A stretch of DNA of 11,740 bases from Octopus sinensis (lineage: Eukaryota), in assembly GCF_006345805.1 (NCBI RefSeq), contig NW_021826896.1:1-11740 (forward strand), written 5' to 3'. Below are positions 9,471 to 11,740 of the stretch, one piece after another. The translations under genes and the position numbers were made by a program. The notes under the pieces are model-generated. The model had not been told where the DNA came from. It ran no database searches and was given only the letters and a program-made list of their open reading frames with translations. Positions within the stretch are counted from its first letter, which is position 1, and every line of letters starts with the position of its first letter.

Positions 9471-9674
9471 ATGTACCTGTAAAACAAAGACTAAGCTTGT
9501 TTCACCTGCATACTGTCTTTCTGCATGAAGATAGAAGCTATGGAATACTCGACCACTCTCGGGTAGAGGGGAGATGAAATATTGTTCAGATGCAATAACC
9601 AGTTCAGCCGTTCCATCATAGAGGGATGGATGAATGTTATAAATCACTTTGGGGGGCTAAAATATTGCTTGGGA

Positions 9675-9919
9675 GGCTGTTTCTCAATCATTTTTTTTTT
9701 TACCTAGGGACTCTTTTGATTGCTATCTTTCTCTGGTCGACCCTTTTAGCCATCCGATGTTTAAAAAATCATATTATATATTTATTATTAGATATTATCA
9801 GGAATTGCTTTAAAAAAGATTGTGGAAGCAAAACCAATTTGTTGCCTGTAAATTTTTAACAACAAAATCTTTTGTGGCCCCTACAGGGAATCCATATGGA
9901 CCCTGGTTGCAAACCACTG
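9675..9919. mobile_element. possible hAT (Charlie/MER5-like) MITE
   Basis: Right end GGTTGCAAACCACTG and degenerate left end GGCTGTTTCTCAATC both resemble the CAGTGGTTCTCAACC-type TIR around an AT-rich interior. No 8-bp TSD is recognisable. Confidence 0.4.
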
Positions 9920-10142
9920 CTGTGAGGGAAGTATAGGGCTAAAGGTGGAAGGGACACAACTGAATTACCACCCCTGATATATGAATGTGAGATAACAGAT
10001 GGGTTTCTATTTAAAAGTGTCGTTTTGTCGGTGGCCGATTGAGAAGCCTGGCAATAAGATGGCTGCTGCTTCTGTTAGCTGAGCAGGATGAAAACCTCTT
10101 GAAAGATCTCATTACGAATAAGATATCATATATATTTATATA

Positions 10143-10515
10143 GGCACAGGCATGGCTGTGTGGTAAGAACCTTGCTTCCCAACCACATGGTTCCAGGTTC
10201 AGGCCCACTGCATAGCACCTTGGGCAAGTGTCTTTTACTATAGCCTCAGGTCGACCAAGGCTTTGTGAGTGGATTTTGGCAGATGGAAACTGAAAGAAGC
10301 CCATCATATATATGTGCGTATGTCTGTGTTTGTTCCCACCACCACTGCTTGACAACTGTTGTTGGTGTGTTTACATCCCCATGACTTAGCAGTTTGACAA
10401 AAGAGACCAATAGAATAAGTACAAAGCTTAAAAAATTAGCACTTGACTGAAAATCCAAGGTGGTGCCCCAGCCTGGCCACAGCTTAATGACTGAAACAAG
10501 TAAAAGATAAAAGAT
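10143..10515 (+). mobile_element. tRNA-derived SINE, family B, essentially full length
   Basis: A box TGGCTGTGTGG (10153-10163), B box GGTTCAGGCCC (10196-10206), short internal (TA)n, and tail GACTGAAACAAGTAAAAGATAAAAGATA. Confidence 0.9.
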
Positions 10516-10522
10516 ATATGAG

Positions 10523-10556
10523 GGCGCATGGCCTAATGGTGAGGGTGTTGCACTCG
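10523..10556 (+). mobile_element. truncated tRNA-like SINE head
   Basis: GGCGCATGGCCTAATGGTGAGGGTGTTGCACTC contains the A box TGGCCTAATGG. It is cut off before any B box. Confidence 0.45.
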
Positions 10557-10575
10557 TGCCGGGGTCTGCCCGGAG

Positions 10576-11231
10576 TTGGCCCTGAATGAGGACTTTTGCT
10601 ACTATTCATAGAAAAGGTGCCAGGGAGAAATTCTAAGAGCGAAGGCCAAGGAGAATCGCAAAGAAGTTCCTGAACAAGTTGAAGTATCCGAGTGAACGGG
10701 GACAATTTGGCTCTTCTCAGCTGAAAAGAACTTCTACCAGGAGAGGTTGCATGACACCCAGAAACAGCAGGGTTGTTGCCTACAAACAATTTCATGAAAA
10801 CCAAGTTCCCCTAAACTGTGATGGGCTCTGGGTGTATCTCCAGTTAGGGTGAGATGTCCTGCATCTTTGGAAAGGGTTTAAAGGCTCAATTTAGATAGCA
10901 ATGTAAACATACTGGAGACGATTGTCAAAGCCTGGCAGGAGAGGCTTGGTACTGGAAGGCCATGTGTGTGTGGCAGAAGGATTTGGCTCTTTGCCATCCC
11001 CCTGGAAACAGTCAGAAGTAGTTATCAGAGAAATTTTATGACTTGTCCAGCCCCAGTTTTTGGCCCCGCCTAATTAATTGTAATCCCATGGGTTACTATG
11101 TGTGGGGCACGGTCGAGAAAGACACCAGCAGCTCTTCCTGTAGCACCTTGGCCAACATAGTAAGGAACGAATGTGCCAGGTTCCAGAGCCATCTTGAGGC
11201 CGTGATGGAAGCTGAGTGAAGCTACTCTGAA
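10576..11231 (+). pseudogene. decayed Tc1/mariner transposase of the DD37D (maT) type; 5'-truncated, element end probably near 11348
   Basis: Stitched frames: LALNEDFCYYS*KRCQGEILRAKAKENR / KKFLNKLKYP / IWLFSAEKNFYQ / MKTKFP*TVMGSGCISS*GE / ILETIVKAWQERLGTGRP / VWQKDLALCH...FWPRLINCNPMGYYVWGTVEKDT...CARFQSHLEAVMEAE*SYSE. These match the FSDEK, WQQDSAPCH, WPPNSPDxNPxDYxVW and C-terminal motifs, with multiple stops and frameshifts. Confidence 0.88.
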
Positions 11232-11740
11232 GAAGCTGTTATCACCCAACCATAACCTAGTTGATAGTTGGCCAGTTTTGTTTTCAAAATGCTTTTATTT
11301 TTCACTGGGATGTTGTGTTTTCTTGCCCTTCCATGCAAACGTCCTCTATATATATGTAGACTGGTATCCGACTCCCTACGAAAATACGAAATACGAAATA
11401 TGAATCCAAGCTAAGCAATCTATATTTAATTTCAACCCGTGTACCTACTTAACTATCTGCAACTGATCTGATCTTTTAGTTAGCTCTGTTTTATCTCTAT
11501 TAGTATTATTGTTATGACTTGTGAAATTAGCCTCACGCCTTGTGTCTTTTTTTATGTACATATAATTCTATAGTTCATCTTAATTATATATCGTTGTCTC
11601 ATGTCTTGTGTTAAATATATATTTAATCTTAAAGCTTGCCCCTAATTTTATTTTATTTTATCGATCAGTCTCACGCCTCGTAGATATAGAATAAATGTAT
11701 TTATAATTTATAGCTCCTTATCGTCCACGCTTCTCCCATA

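Noticed and set aside
10143-10215. tRNA gene
   Set aside because: A and B boxes are present, but the sequence continues into a repeated SINE body and gives no proper cloverleaf.
10484-10804. 106-aa minus-strand ORF
   Set aside because: It is the antisense shadow of the + strand transposase pseudogene and SINE ends.
11377-11405. (TACGAAA)x3-4 mini-repeat and the repeated CTCACGCCT near the window end
   Set aside because: Too short, and truncated by the window edge, so it cannot be assigned.

Overview
Repeat-rich eukaryotic intronic DNA. The SINE families and the very high (TA)n/(CA)n/(GA)n density look like octopus/cephalopod, which is an inference from sequence style. The only supportable host coding sequence is one 78-nt + strand exon (9169-9246, [26 protein letters not shown]) of an AGC kinase, most likely p70 ribosomal S6 kinase. 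None of the supplied ORFs looks like a real gene: most are microsatellite or repeat read-throughs, and the exon frame is missing from the track. The rest contains tRNA-derived SINEs of at least two families, RTE-like 3' tails, a decayed DD37D (maT)-type Tc1/mariner transposase, a Helitron/DINE-like 5' end, a possible hAT MITE and a nested ~150/~300-bp repeat. The most notable signal is a non-coding minus-strand element (~3812-4570) with a minimal type-I hammerhead ribozyme fold (4178-4229) and a second, more degenerate hammerhead-like motif (3852-3897) about 330 nt downstream. This resembles a Penelope-like pseudo-LTR or retrozyme. A motif lying between the two hammerheads (TAGAAATAGCAGCCAAA) recurs about ten times across the window.
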